The notes beneath the pieces were generated by a model. The model had not been told where the DNA came from. It saw only the letters and a list, made by a program, of their open reading frames with translations, and ran no database searches. Of a stretch of 64,000 bases of DNA, positions 47,993 through 58,098 are shown piece after piece (the first letter of the stretch is position 1; every line of letters begins with the position of its first letter). Source of the DNA: a virus; IMG/VR virus record IMGVR_UViG_3300042945_001784, positions 1 through 64,000 of that record. One strand, given 5' to 3'. Both the position numbers and the translations under genes were made by a program.

Positions 47993-48400
47993 TTGTCAGA
48001 TCCAGTCGATCATCCCAGTCATTACACCAAAGGTGGTGTGGAATGTATTGATGCTATTCAATCTTCCATGACGGAAGAAGCATTCCGTGGTTACTGCAAA
48101 GGTAACATTCAGAAATATATTTATCGCTACGAAGATAAACAGAATCCTAAACAGGATCTTCTTAAAGCTCGGTGGTATCTGGATCGTCTGCTTCAAACGT
48201 TTCCTCAAGAAACCCAGTCAGAGCCTCAACCTCCTCAATCATTAGTACCCGAGCAAACTCATCCAGCTCCTGTAAATATTTCTCTTTCTCCTCAGGAATT
48301 AGACTGCTTGCGTATCTTAGAGACTCTAGATCTTTTAGATCAGCTTCAAGAAAAGAAGATTGAGAACCCGTTGCCAACGGTTTCTGATTCCACAATCTGA
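47993..48400 (+). CDS. DUF3310 (SaV-like) protein
   Basis: DPVDHPSHY...ECIDAI...GYCKGNIQKYIYRY..K....DLLKARWYLDRL. Confidence 0.88.
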   Translation: MSDPVDHPSHYTKGGVECIDAIQSSMTEEAFRGYCKGNIQKYIYRYEDKQNPKQDLLKARWYLDRLLQTFPQETQSEPQPPQSLVPEQTHPAPVNISLSPQELDCLRILETLDLLDQLQEKKIENPLPTVSDSTI

Positions 48401-49037
48401 AAAATTCAGAAACAATTTCACCACCAGGGTTTAACCGCAGGAGTTCTGATTCTAAATACTCAATAGCCCTGACTTGTTCAATGGTTCCTTTGTAGTTTTC
48501 AGCAATATTTAACAAACACTGTTCAGTAATACAGTTATGTTCCACTAACAATGGAACTTGTATATCGCTTTGCAGATAAAGATCTAATTCAGATCTTCTT
48601 CTATCTCTCAGTACGGGATCTGATTGATAGTTTTTGCGCATAAAAGGAGACCACTCTTTAATGATCTCTTGTTTACTTGCATTGCCATTGATTAATTCAA
48701 GCAGTTTACATTGTTTGAAATAACTAAGTCCTACGCTTTCCGCATAACTTAGTACAGCACCACGCTTCTTTTCATTGAGTGGCATGTAAACCACGTCAGA
48801 AACATACTCAGAAAAAATTTCTAGATCTTCTCTGAGTTGTTCATCAATTTCACGCCGAGTAACTTTTGTAAATGGTGTTACTGTCTGGCGGCCAATTTTT
48901 TTGCTGCCATAGCCAATCAACCAAGGGCCATCTTCCTTGGTTGCTTTATACGATGTATATTCTTCAAAACCAACATGGATGCGACAGGGTGTGTACCGCC
49001 GCACCAGTTCAAACGCGTAGTCAGTATAAAAGGACAA
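48162..49037 (-). CDS. Diverged GH24 lysozyme-like protein
   Basis: WLIGYG; PLNEKKRGAVLSYA..VG; LRDRRRSELDLY. Confidence 0.7.
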   Translation of the reverse strand: MSFYTDYAFELVRRYTPCRIHVGFEEYTSYKATKEDGPWLIGYGSKKIGRQTVTPFTKVTRREIDEQLREDLEIFSEYVSDVVYMPLNEKKRGAVLSYAESVGLSYFKQCKLLELINGNASKQEIIKEWSPFMRKNYQSDPVLRDRRRSELDLYLQSDIQVPLLVEHNCITEQCLLNIAENYKGTIEQVRAIEYLESELLRLNPGGEIVSEFFRLWNQKPLATGSQSSFLEADLKDLESLRYASSLIPEEKEKYLQELDEFARVLMIEEVEALTGFLEETFEADDPDTTEL

Positions 49038-49062
49038 GGGACCACTGGCCCCTTACCGGGGC

Positions 49063-49449
49063 TCAGGGAACAACAACAGAACCGTTATAGCTGATTTCGC
49101 TGTAATCGTCTGGAGTTGTCATCAGAACAATATAGTTCTTAGCAGCGTTCGTTACGGTAACAGCTACTGCACCCTTGCCTTTACCTGCTTTAGCAATGTT
49201 GAAAAACTTCTGATAGCCGGTAGGTGCTGAACCTGCTGTGTAGTCATCATCTTGAAAGATCTCAATGGTTTCAATACCAACACTGCGATCAATCTTGACG
49301 ATGATGTCACCTGTAGAGCCTGGGTTAACCAGGAAAGCACGCTGGCTTAGATCACCAGTGGAACCAGGCAGAGCATCGCCTTTATAAACCAGCTCAGCAC
49401 CGCTAGCGGTAAAGGTGTCTTGCGTTCCTTGAAAAGTGCGGGTAGCCAT
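49063..49449 (-). CDS. Structural-type hypothetical protein
   Basis: Beta-rich ORF. Confidence 0.6.
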   Translation of the reverse strand: MATRTFQGTQDTFTASGAELVYKGDALPGSTGDLSQRAFLVNPGSTGDIIVKIDRSVGIETIEIFQDDDYTAGSAPTGYQKFFNIAKAGKGKGAVAVTVTNAAKNYIVLMTTPDDYSEISYNGSVVVP

Positions 49450-49451
49450 TA

Positions 49452-49673
49452 TCAGTTAATTTGGTTTTGCGTTTGAAACTGGAAGGAGATGTCGGCATCA
49501 ATACCGTGTTCTTTAAGAATGCTGAGGAACATTTGACGATCCATCATTTTCATGTGGAGCATATCAACAAAAGCTTCCTCTAGCTCGTCACGGTCAAGAT
49601 CCTTGATTGCCAGAGCTGCTGCATGGATAGCAAATTCGCTATCAATGGGCAGATCCAGGGCATTGGCATCCAT
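49452..49673 (-). CDS. nblA: NblA-like phycobilisome degradation protein
   Basis: LPIDSEF...IKDLDRDELEEAFVDMLHMKMMDRQMFLSILK aligns by eye with the NblA pattern. Confidence 0.65.
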   Translation of the reverse strand: MDANALDLPIDSEFAIHAAALAIKDLDRDELEEAFVDMLHMKMMDRQMFLSILKEHGIDADISFQFQTQNQIN

Positions 49674-49726
49674 TAAAAATTTACCAATCCGTCACTACAT
49701 CCTAACAGCTCTGCAATTTTTGGCTA

Positions 49727-49873
49727 CTAGGCCATTGCAGATTTGGTGCCAGGGGGAATGTACCGCTGGTCAACAGTAAAGTGAGGAATGTCAGGAGCAC
49801 CTTCAAATGTTCCCTCTTCTGACTGAGGTAGCCGAGTAGAGACGTAGTTTTTTAAGAACTCTTTTGTGTTCAC
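49727..49873 (-). CDS. 48-aa hypothetical protein
   Basis: GTG start; NTKEFLKNYVSTRL...; below ORF-track cutoff. Confidence 0.45.
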   Translation of the reverse strand: MNTKEFLKNYVSTRLPQSEEGTFEGAPDIPHFTVDQRYIPPGTKSAMA

Positions 49874-49947
49874 GATCTAAAAAAAATGAACTCAGAACGT
49901 AAGTTAAGCTGTAAACACTAGTAAAAATTAAAAGGAGCGTAGCCACT

Positions 49948-50406
49948 TTAACCTAAATTAGATTTCAGCAGCCATTGGAACTTTTTGTGAGCACGCCCAC
50001 GTTCTACTGCTAAATCTAATGTTAACTGATCTTTCATAATTTCTGCTTCTTCTGCAAGCATATTAAAAGATTCAGCTAAGGTGTTATGGTTAATTGCTAA
50101 AGCACGAATCATTCCGTCTTGATCAAAACAACTATCGGGAATTGGAGGCAACATCGAGTTGTTAAGATCATCCACACTCATTGGAGTGCTAATATCTAAA
50201 GAACGCAAGTGCTCTGCAATAACATCAAGACCATCTTGAAGTTCTTCATAAATTTCTTGAGTTAATTTATGAATAGAGTAAAACTTACTACCCATCAGAT
50301 TCCAATGGACAATGTAAGTTTGATTGAGAAGATGTGACGTATCCCTAAGCAACTGCACAAGATGGCAGTAACAGGTTGTTTTGGGATCCATTTTTCCTTT
50401 AGCCAT
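49948..50406 (-). CDS. dps: Dps / ferritin-like DNA protection protein
   Basis: HWNLMGSKFYSIHKL..EIYEEL...DVIAEHL...HKKFQWLL. Confidence 0.9.
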   Translation of the reverse strand: MAKGKMDPKTTCYCHLVQLLRDTSHLLNQTYIVHWNLMGSKFYSIHKLTQEIYEELQDGLDVIAEHLRSLDISTPMSVDDLNNSMLPPIPDSCFDQDGMIRALAINHNTLAESFNMLAEEAEIMKDQLTLDLAVERGRAHKKFQWLLKSNLG

Positions 50407-50411
50407 AGCAG

Positions 50412-50699
50412 TTACCACTTCACACGATCTGCCCAATAAGCAGCTGACATTTTTCCTTTGGCAATGTTTTTAGCATGACGTGCTTTAAAACTTTCTCTGC
50501 GTTTGCGGTAGCTTTCTGATTCACCTTGTTTTTTAGGTGAGCCAGAAACACCTTGCTGGCCAAAGCGAATGATCTTTTCTTTTCCATTCTCGCACGCCTT
50601 GACTACATGTGATTTGGTGGGGTGCCCAGGGGTACGCTGTGGTTTATTGCAGGCCATCCGCTCCTTAGCTAACCGCTTGGCCTTTGCATGGTCTGCCAT
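50412..50699 (-). CDS. Conserved basic phage protein
   Basis: KIIRFGQQG...RRESFKARH...SAAYWA..VKW. Confidence 0.75.
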   Translation of the reverse strand: MADHAKAKRLAKERMACNKPQRTPGHPTKSHVVKACENGKEKIIRFGQQGVSGSPKKQGESESYRKRRESFKARHAKNIAKGKMSAAYWADRVKW

Positions 50700-50703
50700 G
50701 GCA

Positions 50704-50898
50704 TTACATGTAATTAGAGCGGCGTTCTTCACCAGAGACAGTCATATCCGGCTGCCCTTGTGCAATGCGCTGCCAGTCTGTTGGCCAACGGTTATCACGG
50801 GTTTCCCTTAAATTCTCTTCTGGTAAAGGAAAATCTTTACGCACAAAACTTTTAAGAAAAGCTTTACCTGGCTCTGTTGTATCTTCTGAAAACATCAT
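50704..50898 (-). CDS. Hypothetical protein
   Basis: ORF; FLKSFV motif. Confidence 0.55.
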   Translation of the reverse strand: MMFSEDTTEPGKAFLKSFVRKDFPLPEENLRETRDNRWPTDWQRIAQGQPDMTVSGEERRSNYM

Positions 50899-51272
50899 GC
50901 GCTTACAACAAGATCAGGAACATTAAATAAAGAGATTGTTTGTGGTTTTTGCTCTAACCACTGTTTAATTTTACTTTCCCTTTCCTCAGTGTACAATGGA
51001 TGTCCTTTTTTAAACCAGCAAAAAGGAAGCTCTGATGCTTTTGATTTATTGCAGGATGTACAGCAGCACGCTAGGTTGTTGCGAGTGTTGTGTCCACCTT
51101 TATGTTTAGGAACAATGTGATCAATGGTTGCAGTGCGATTACACAGTTGTTTTTCACAGTAGGCGCACTTCCATTCCCAGGCTTCAAATATAGATTCTCT
51201 GAATTTCTTGCGAGCACTCTTAGGAGTTAAGACAATGAGATTAACTAAAAGATCGTTCTCACAATGAAACAT
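50895..51272 (-). CDS. HNH endonuclease
   Basis: CAYC...TIDHIVPKHKGG...NLACCCTSCNKSK. Confidence 0.92.
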   Translation of the reverse strand: MFHCENDLLVNLIVLTPKSARKKFRESIFEAWEWKCAYCEKQLCNRTATIDHIVPKHKGGHNTRNNLACCCTSCNKSKASELPFCWFKKGHPLYTEERESKIKQWLEQKPQTISLFNVPDLVVSA

Positions 51273-51343
51273 GAGATGTTCATGATTCCTAACATCAGGT
51301 TAGGGTGCACAAACCTGTACTACCTGCTAAGCTGTAGTCGCCA

Positions 51344-51428
51344 GGGAGCGTGGCGGAATTGGTATACGCTGCGGACTTAAAATCCGTTGGTCTCGACCTT
51401 GTGGGTTCAAGTCCCACCGCTCCTACCA
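51344..51428 (+). tRNA. tRNA-Leu(TAA)
   Basis: Cloverleaf; anticodon arm GCGGA-CTTAAAA-TCCGT; long variable arm; GGTTCAAGTCC; encoded CCA. Confidence 0.95.
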
Positions 51429-51429
51429 C

Positions 51430-51503
51430 CGGGATATAGCGCAGCTTGGTAGCGCATCTGCTTTGGGAGCAGAGGGCCGCAGGTTCGAATCCTGCTATCC
51501 CGA
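51430..51503 (+). tRNA. tRNA-Pro(TGG)
   Basis: Anticodon arm TCTGC-TTTGGGA-GCAGA; GGTTCGAATCC; no encoded CCA. Confidence 0.95.
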
Positions 51504-51961
51504 TTAATCAATGAAACCAATTTCTTTTAAAAACAGATCGTTATCATAATCTGCTGGGTCATAGTCTGCATCTTCTAATAACTTCAACAGGAAATGATGC
51601 ACACGTTCTGTTACCCACCGCAGGTCTTCATCACTAACATCGCAGACAATAGCATTAAGACGGAGTTCACGGGACGGTTCCCGAACATAGTCTGCAATTA
51701 ACTCCAAAGCACGATACCGTCCCTTTGTAAACTCACCTAGCATTAGTCTGCACCGATATCTCCAATAGCTGCTTGAATAGCTTCTGCATCAGCTGCTTGT
51801 TGGCGCTGATTGATAATCGCAAGAATCTCAAGAGCGCCTTGAACCTTAAGGTAACCTTCTTTAGTACGTAGCAGTTTTTCCTCTGTTGCACGGATTTCAT
51901 CCGCAAGAGTTTTCAACTGTGCATTCAATCCTGTTTCCAGTTCAGATGTAATAGCAGACAT
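51504..51961 (-). other. Two small hypothetical CDS (51504-51743; 51743-51961 coiled coil)
   Basis: ORF track. Confidence 0.65.
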
Positions 51962-51990
51962 GGCGTTACTAGATCTAAGCAGATAATAAC

Positions 51991-53229
51991 CTATTTAAGA
52001 TCAATCCACCAACCAGTATTTGGGCCATCAACAGTCCAACGACGTTTGAACAAGTTGTAGCTATACCGTAATCGCTCACCGTTGGTATTGATATAGGTGC
52101 CGCTGTAGTTATCAATTTCACCCCAGGGGTCGTGGACCACAAAGCGTTGCTTCTCCTCTTCATAGCCAATGACGCAAATCCAATGCCCGCTACCAGTAGG
52201 CGCATTAGCTGGGCCTTTATGCAGAATTCCAACAGGACATGGAAAGCCTTGATCAATACGCTGTTTCAGATCTTCAATGTTTCCGTTCTGTTTAAAGGTT
52301 GCTTTTAAACCTAAACCTTGTAGTGCTTTGACTTGCACCCAAGCTTCTGTGGTATCACCAATAGCAAAAACTTTCTTAATGTACTCGTTATCATTGGATA
52401 CAGAACCTGGTCGCAAGTACATTGCTGCCATCGCGCAACTAGAAGAGAAGCAGGTGCGGCCAGCATCTCTGTAATTATCACGCTGGGATTGATAAGGAAC
52501 AGGCAAAATCAATCCGTCATAAACCACCTCTGCTTTTTCTAGAGGCTTTGCCATAGCGCCGCCAAGGCCGTACCAGTGCTCATCAAATGCCCACCAGACA
52601 CCAAGACCCCAGGGGAGTAACAGTTTGGTGTGTTTAGCGCGTTTTTCTAGAACTTGAACATCTCTGTATTCCCGATCTTTTTTAATGGGAACACGTTGGT
52701 TTAGTTTGAGTTCACTACTAGGAACGGGTTCTTTTTTTAAAAATGTATTAGTAACACAGCGAATATCAATTGTCTCTAAAGGTTTAAGTTCAGCACCAGA
52801 AGTAAACAATTCAACTTCTTTTTTGCGTCGTTCTACAAGACCAGGAAGCACTACGCCATCGCCTTTAACCCACTTAGGTAACTCTTCTTGAGCTACTTTA
52901 TTAAGATCTTCTTTATTATTAAGTCGTTTGCGTAAGGTAGAATTTTCTAATGCATTGAGACCACAGTTAAAAGCAAAAGATACCAGGGCGTCGAATTGCT
53001 GTTGATTTAAAGGTACCGTAATTAAAAGGTCAACACCTTGTTCAAATTTAACAAGATCACGTCGTAACATTTTATTAGCACGATCTTCCGTAATACTCAT
53101 CTCTGGAGTAACATCATCTCCGGTATGACCGTAACCAACTGTCCATACACCAGCAGGACAAAGATAGGATTCAAGGCATAACCCTTCAAAACTTTTAATT
53201 AGGTTAATGCCAGTTTCAGAAATCTTCAC
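51991..53229 (-). CDS. Endolysin: GH24 lysozyme plus C39-like cysteine peptidase
   Basis: IKSFEG...YLCPAGVWTVGYGHT; VPYQSQ.D...CFSSSCAM; GHWICVIGY; HDPWG. Confidence 0.9.
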   Translation of the reverse strand: MKISETGINLIKSFEGLCLESYLCPAGVWTVGYGHTGDDVTPEMSITEDRANKMLRRDLVKFEQGVDLLITVPLNQQQFDALVSFAFNCGLNALENSTLRKRLNNKEDLNKVAQEELPKWVKGDGVVLPGLVERRKKEVELFTSGAELKPLETIDIRCVTNTFLKKEPVPSSELKLNQRVPIKKDREYRDVQVLEKRAKHTKLLLPWGLGVWWAFDEHWYGLGGAMAKPLEKAEVVYDGLILPVPYQSQRDNYRDAGRTCFSSSCAMAAMYLRPGSVSNDNEYIKKVFAIGDTTEAWVQVKALQGLGLKATFKQNGNIEDLKQRIDQGFPCPVGILHKGPANAPTGSGHWICVIGYEEEKQRFVVHDPWGEIDNYSGTYINTNGERLRYSYNLFKRRWTVDGPNTGWWIDLK

Positions 53230-53294
53230 AGCAATCTAGATGCTGCGTTCATTTTATCTACTCTGTATTTTCACCCGCCTATCAACCACAATTG

Positions 53295-55319
53295 CTAGTA
53301 AAACATCAGAAACATGGTATTTGGCGGTTGGGGAAGAGCACTAAAGTAAACATTAAAATTATTTCCACCATCAGTAGAATTAACCCCAACAGCAAATTTA
53401 CTGCCGTTAAGTTCTCCAATATTAGAAACAGATAAATAGTTAATACCTGAAGTGGCGTTAGTAAGATAAAAGTTTCGACGCGTAGTTGTTGTGCTGTTAA
53501 CAGTAACTACATTTCCAATGGTGCCAGTTATTGACCAAGTATCAATAGTACCAATGTCTGAACTAAATAAAATAGTATGAGCAACTGTTTTTGTAGAAGC
53601 AAGTTCTGTAAAAGAACATGTTCCACTACTAATAGTTGTTGTTGATGTGCCAGTACTTCCACCAATAGTTAATTTGTTATAGGCAAGATTGCCAGGACTA
53701 AAAGTTCTTGCACTTGTTGAAGTATTTGATAAAAGAATATTAGCTGTATTTTTATTAAATGTTAAATTAACTGTAGTGCTTGCTAACCAAACAGTAGCTG
53801 TTCCTGTTAGCGTCCAAAGTCCGCTACCCATTGTAACTGTTCTAGTCGTGACTCCAGTAAGCAGAAAACCACTACATGTTACATTGTAGTTGTTTGCATT
53901 GAATGTTCCATAACTAACAAAAACTGAAGAGTTGCTATTAAATGCATCACCAAGTTGGACTGTTCCTCCAACAGCCTCTATTTCTATTGGAAATGTAATT
54001 GTTTTACCTGCAGTAACTAAGTTTATTAAATTTCTATTAACAAAAGTTTGAGTTGATGTTCCACTAACTGTTATTCCTGAACCAAGTGTAAAGCTGCCGT
54101 GTATATTGTTAGCTGCATTAAAATTAAGAGTAATTCCTGTTGTACGGCTTGAACAATCAAGTGCGCTGATATTAACACCGTCAACTGTAAGTGTCCCGGT
54201 CAAGGTAGTAGAATTATCAATAACCGCAGTATCTTGAGGAAGCGGATAATTAGTATCTGCACCAGCTCCTCCTGAGCTTGTTGCCCACGAACCAGACCCA
54301 GCCCACGTAGTATTTGTACCTACACGATAAACAGTTTTGGAAGCAGGAAATGTAATGCCGCTATTGCCGCCGCAATTGCCTCCTCGCGTTGGTGAAATAG
54401 GGGCAGCAGCACCAGCAATAGTAATATCTCGGAAATCACAATCATTAGCTGAAACTACAGCAGCTGTAATAGTTCGGTTTGTACCAATTGTATTACTTCT
54501 GATAAAATTACGTCGAATAGAACTGGCACCAGCGCAAGTAAGAGTTCCATTAACTGTTAGATCAGAACTAATACTTAATTGCATTACGCCTGAAGAAGGA
54601 GCTGTTAGAGTAAGATTATTAAAAGTAGCTGAACCACTGATTGACCTAATTCCACTTGTAGTACCAGTATATGAAACATTGTAGAAAGTCATGCCGCCAC
54701 TATCTATAGTGACTGATGAGCTTAGATTAATTTGAGAAGTCCCTGCATTAAATGTTAAATTTGTTGAAGGAGAAAAATCTATACCACCACTAGTAAGTGT
54801 TACTGTGCTGGAACCAAGGCTAATAGATCGTAAGTTTGCAGTTGAAGAAGTAATTGAACCAGCACAAGTAAAAGAATAGTTAGCAGTATTAAAATTTCCC
54901 TCATTAACAAAAAAATTACCGTTACAAGAAAGAGCGTCTCCTAGTGTAAGTGTAATTCCTGCACCCGAAACAATAATAGCTGCAAGTGACTTGCCAGCAC
55001 TAATTAATGTTCCAGTTCCTGTAAAAGTTGTTATTCCGGTATAGCTATATGTCATTCCAGTTACTAACGTTATGCCGCCAGCAACTGTAATGTCAGATGA
55101 TCCCGTTAATGTGCCAGTAAAACCCGTGCAGTTAATGCTTTTAGCACCCGTATTACCTGTTGCAATATTACATGAACCTGTAGAGCTAGAAGTAAAGAAT
55201 ACATCGTCAGCAGTGGTTGGAACTGAAGCACCTCCTGCACCTCCTGATGTAGTTGCCCACTTTGTGCCTGCAGTTCCATCCCAGTTTGCAGTACCGCCAA
55301 CCCAGTAACGATTAGCCAT
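53295..55319 (-). CDS. Tail fibre/spike protein, beta-helix-like
   Basis: Thr/Gly/Ser-rich with an internal duplication of YWVGG..NW...WAT.SGGAG...P..DD. Confidence 0.8.
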   Translation of the reverse strand: MANRYWVGGTANWDGTAGTKWATTSGGAGGASVPTTADDVFFTSSSTGSCNIATGNTGAKSINCTGFTGTLTGSSDITVAGGITLVTGMTYSYTGITTFTGTGTLISAGKSLAAIIVSGAGITLTLGDALSCNGNFFVNEGNFNTANYSFTCAGSITSSTANLRSISLGSSTVTLTSGGIDFSPSTNLTFNAGTSQINLSSSVTIDSGGMTFYNVSYTGTTSGIRSISGSATFNNLTLTAPSSGVMQLSISSDLTVNGTLTCAGASSIRRNFIRSNTIGTNRTITAAVVSANDCDFRDITIAGAAAPISPTRGGNCGGNSGITFPASKTVYRVGTNTTWAGSGSWATSSGGAGADTNYPLPQDTAVIDNSTTLTGTLTVDGVNISALDCSSRTTGITLNFNAANNIHGSFTLGSGITVSGTSTQTFVNRNLINLVTAGKTITFPIEIEAVGGTVQLGDAFNSNSSVFVSYGTFNANNYNVTCSGFLLTGVTTRTVTMGSGLWTLTGTATVWLASTTVNLTFNKNTANILLSNTSTSARTFSPGNLAYNKLTIGGSTGTSTTTISSGTCSFTELASTKTVAHTILFSSDIGTIDTWSITGTIGNVVTVNSTTTTRRNFYLTNATSGINYLSVSNIGELNGSKFAVGVNSTDGGNNFNVYFSALPQPPNTMFLMFY

Positions 55320-55334
55320 TATTTATGCCTTCTG

Positions 55335-55484
55335 TTAAGAGTTTTCAATTAAAGCAAGCCAACGATTAAAACGTTCTTGTTTCATTGCGTTAATCTCATC
55401 TTGAGTATATTGATGATCATCATCAAGATACAGTGCATCACGGAATACTCCGTAATTAGTATTAAATTCAAAATCAATTTTCAT
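55335..55484 (-). CDS. Small tail-fibre-associated protein
   Basis: MKIDFEF...EINAMKQERFNRW. Confidence 0.6.
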   Translation of the reverse strand: MKIDFEFNTNYGVFRDALYLDDDHQYTQDEINAMKQERFNRWLALIENS

Positions 55485-55492
55485 GTTCTTAA

Positions 55493-57265
55493 TCAAGCCT
55501 GAGTAGTAGAAGCAACAGCATCCCAAAAAGAATCAGTTGTGTTGTAAACGCAACCTACATATGTTACCTTACCAGCTACTGTTGTTGTGGGAAGTGTGAT
55601 GCCAAGGGCTCTAAATCCTGTAGATGAAGTTGTCCAGGTAATACCACGTGCCGTGCCATTGTCTTTAAAGCGGAGCATTAGACGCTGGCCATTCGTTGGT
55701 GTTCCTGTTGGCGCTGCCAGTGTGATGGAGCCAGTTAGACCTTCAGCCACAAACAAATCAGTGGTGGCACTGTTAGGTGTCAATGTGCCTGTTGTGGCTC
55801 CAGCGGTTACGGAGCGGACCTTGGGTTGGGCGGCGTTTGCGAGGTCGTATGCTGTTTTAACTGAGTTTGGCGTAGCAGCAGTTGTAGTACTTGTACTAGA
55901 AGTACTATCAGTTAATTGAAGCGTGCCGCGAATACTAGTAGTACCTGCAACAATTTTTGTTCCTTCAATTGCAGCAGAAGCATCAATATCAGCATTAACA
56001 ATAACTCCAGAACCAATTGCTGTTACACCACTACTATCAATAGAAATATCTCCAGTTATAGCAGTTGCTGTTGGAACATTAGAAACGTTACCAATTAATA
56101 CACTTCCAGCAGTAATACTTGCTAACTTACTATGAGCAATAGCAGCAGAAGCATTGATATCAGCATTAACAATAACTCCTGCACTAATTTCAGTCACACC
56201 AGTATTGCTAATAGTAATGTCACCGGTAACAGCTGTTGCTGTTACAACGTTAGAAGCGTCACCAAGAAGTATTTGTGCACTGGTTAATGAAGCTAACTTA
56301 CTAAAAGCAATGCCAGCGGTTGCGCTAATATCAGCATTAACAATTGATGCGTTACCGGCAACTAAAATATCTCCATTTTGATTAGGAAAATAAACAGCAC
56401 GGTTAGCGGTTAACGTGTTTGGAGCAACGCTAATCCGATAAGAAGAACTACCAGCACCTCCTCCATTAATATTGATACCATCGTGTGTTGTTAAAGCACT
56501 AACAAATGTTTGACCAGAAGCATTTTGAAAAGTATTCGCACCTGTAAAGGTGTTGTTTCCTGATGCAGTAACAGACGTTGCAATGTTCTGCCAAGTTGGC
56601 GCAGAACCTGAACCATTACTAGTTAGAACTTGGCCACTGGTTCCGTAGTTAGCACCGCTTAAACCTAATGCACCGTTGCTATCAAATTGAATACGTGCTG
56701 TACCCGCAGTAGCAAGACCAATTTGATCTGCACCTGGAGAAAAGATACCAGTATTGCTGTCACTACTAAAGCTATAAATAGGTGCTGCAGCGGAACCTGT
56801 TAATGCTAAATATTGTCCAGCACTGTTGATAGAAGATTTTAAAACACCGCCAGTTGTAAATCCTAATTCATTAGGAGAAACATTATAAACACCAGTATCA
56901 GTATCTCCTTCAAATGTGATGCTTGGAACAGAGGCGCTACCTGTTGGGAACTTTGTTCCTGCAGTAACATAATCAGCACCAGCAAGAATAACGCCAAAGA
57001 AATTCCAGCCAGCAGTAGGTGCTGTTGCAAAAACAATATTGGTTCCAACTAAATTAAAACCTGTAGTTCCTGTTGGATCAGGTTTTTGTACAACATTGTT
57101 AACAGAAATTAAACACTGCTGTGGATTAATTGGAAAAGGTACTGGCGCAGAACCTGAAACCCTTAATGGAAATGTTTTTAAAACTCCATTAAAACTAGAA
57201 CTAATATCATCAATAGATGTGTAGCTAGGAAAAGCTACTTGAAGATCATTACCAATGTACGGCAT
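55493..57265 (-). CDS. Tail fibre protein
   Basis: MPYIGN start; PSITF.GDTDTG repeats; IVNADI.A.A.I repeats; AATPNSVKTAYD. Confidence 0.85.
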   Translation of the reverse strand: MPYIGNDLQVAFPSYTSIDDISSSFNGVLKTFPLRVSGSAPVPFPINPQQCLISVNNVVQKPDPTGTTGFNLVGTNIVFATAPTAGWNFFGVILAGADYVTAGTKFPTGSASVPSITFEGDTDTGVYNVSPNELGFTTGGVLKSSINSAGQYLALTGSAAAPIYSFSSDSNTGIFSPGADQIGLATAGTARIQFDSNGALGLSGANYGTSGQVLTSNGSGSAPTWQNIATSVTASGNNTFTGANTFQNASGQTFVSALTTHDGININGGGAGSSSYRISVAPNTLTANRAVYFPNQNGDILVAGNASIVNADISATAGIAFSKLASLTSAQILLGDASNVVTATAVTGDITISNTGVTEISAGVIVNADINASAAIAHSKLASITAGSVLIGNVSNVPTATAITGDISIDSSGVTAIGSGVIVNADIDASAAIEGTKIVAGTTSIRGTLQLTDSTSSTSTTTAATPNSVKTAYDLANAAQPKVRSVTAGATTGTLTPNSATTDLFVAEGLTGSITLAAPTGTPTNGQRLMLRFKDNGTARGITWTTSSTGFRALGITLPTTTVAGKVTYVGCVYNTTDSFWDAVASTTQA

Positions 57266-57277
57266 CTGTTATACCTC

Positions 57278-57619
57278 TTATGTTTGCTCAAGGTAGCTAA
57301 CACATAGATCTAACGATGTTGCTGTATTACATCGAGCACGTAATGTATCAGATGCTTCAACAATAATCTTTGTTCCTCCAGTCAGTTCCAAAGAAGAACC
57401 TGCTGGAACTGGCGCGTTTGCTAACAAGTAAACATCATCGCCAGTGGTAGTAACCAAGTACAAATCAACGGTTACACTGCTTCCTGTTTTATTAGAAGCA
57501 TACACACTCAAGATAATATTTGAACTGCCTGCAACGCCTGTAAAAATGTTTGTTGTGGAGTTACTTATAAGATCGGTAACAACATTTGATTTCGTAGCGT
57601 GCTTAAAAGTGTTTGCCAT
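57278..57619 (-). CDS. Tail fibre adaptor-like protein
   Basis: MANTFK...; similar to 16222..16581. Confidence 0.7.
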   Translation of the reverse strand: MANTFKHATKSNVVTDLISNSTTNIFTGVAGSSNIILSVYASNKTGSSVTVDLYLVTTTGDDVYLLANAPVPAGSSLELTGGTKIIVEASDTLRARCNTATSLDLCVSYLEQT

Positions 57620-57620
57620 G

Positions 57621-58025
57621 TCAACTTAAAGCCAAAATCAAAGGGATCACGTCGCCTTGAATAAGGCCACTTAGTGCTGTAATACTACCGGTAACAATAA
57701 GATTACCGACAACAGTTGAGGTGCCTGATGAATCTATTGTAACTCGCGCAACACCACCGGTTACAAGAGACAGTTGATCAGGGCCAGAGCTAATTATTCC
57801 TGTGTTTGGATCATTAGCAAACTTTAGAGCGCAGCTTGATAAACTACCTGGAGACAGTGCCATGTTGCTGCCATCCTGGCGCAACAAAGGGAAGCCTCCA
57901 GCGGTACTTCCATCGTGTACAACACAAGTAAATTCTGAAGTGTTAACAGTAACTTCACCCAGTGCTCCGGTAAAAACGGAAGTCTCACCGGTAGAGCCAC
58001 GTCTAAATTGTACCTGAGTTGCCAC
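57621..58025 (-). CDS. Tail protein with Mtd-N-like domain
   Basis: MATQVQFRRGST...GALGEVTV...VVHDGSTAGG. Confidence 0.8.
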   Translation of the reverse strand: MATQVQFRRGSTGETSVFTGALGEVTVNTSEFTCVVHDGSTAGGFPLLRQDGSNMALSPGSLSSCALKFANDPNTGIISSGPDQLSLVTGGVARVTIDSSGTSTVVGNLIVTGSITALSGLIQGDVIPLILALS

Positions 58026-58098
58026 AGCTTTCTCTGAGCCTTAGGTTTATTCTAAGTTGTTAAATCCTTTAGAATAATTAGAGGTTAGTCTTGTATAG

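Noticed and set aside
51344-51503. tRNAs as a prophage attachment site
   Set aside because: No integrase, no duplicated tRNA 3' end and no host genes are seen in the window.
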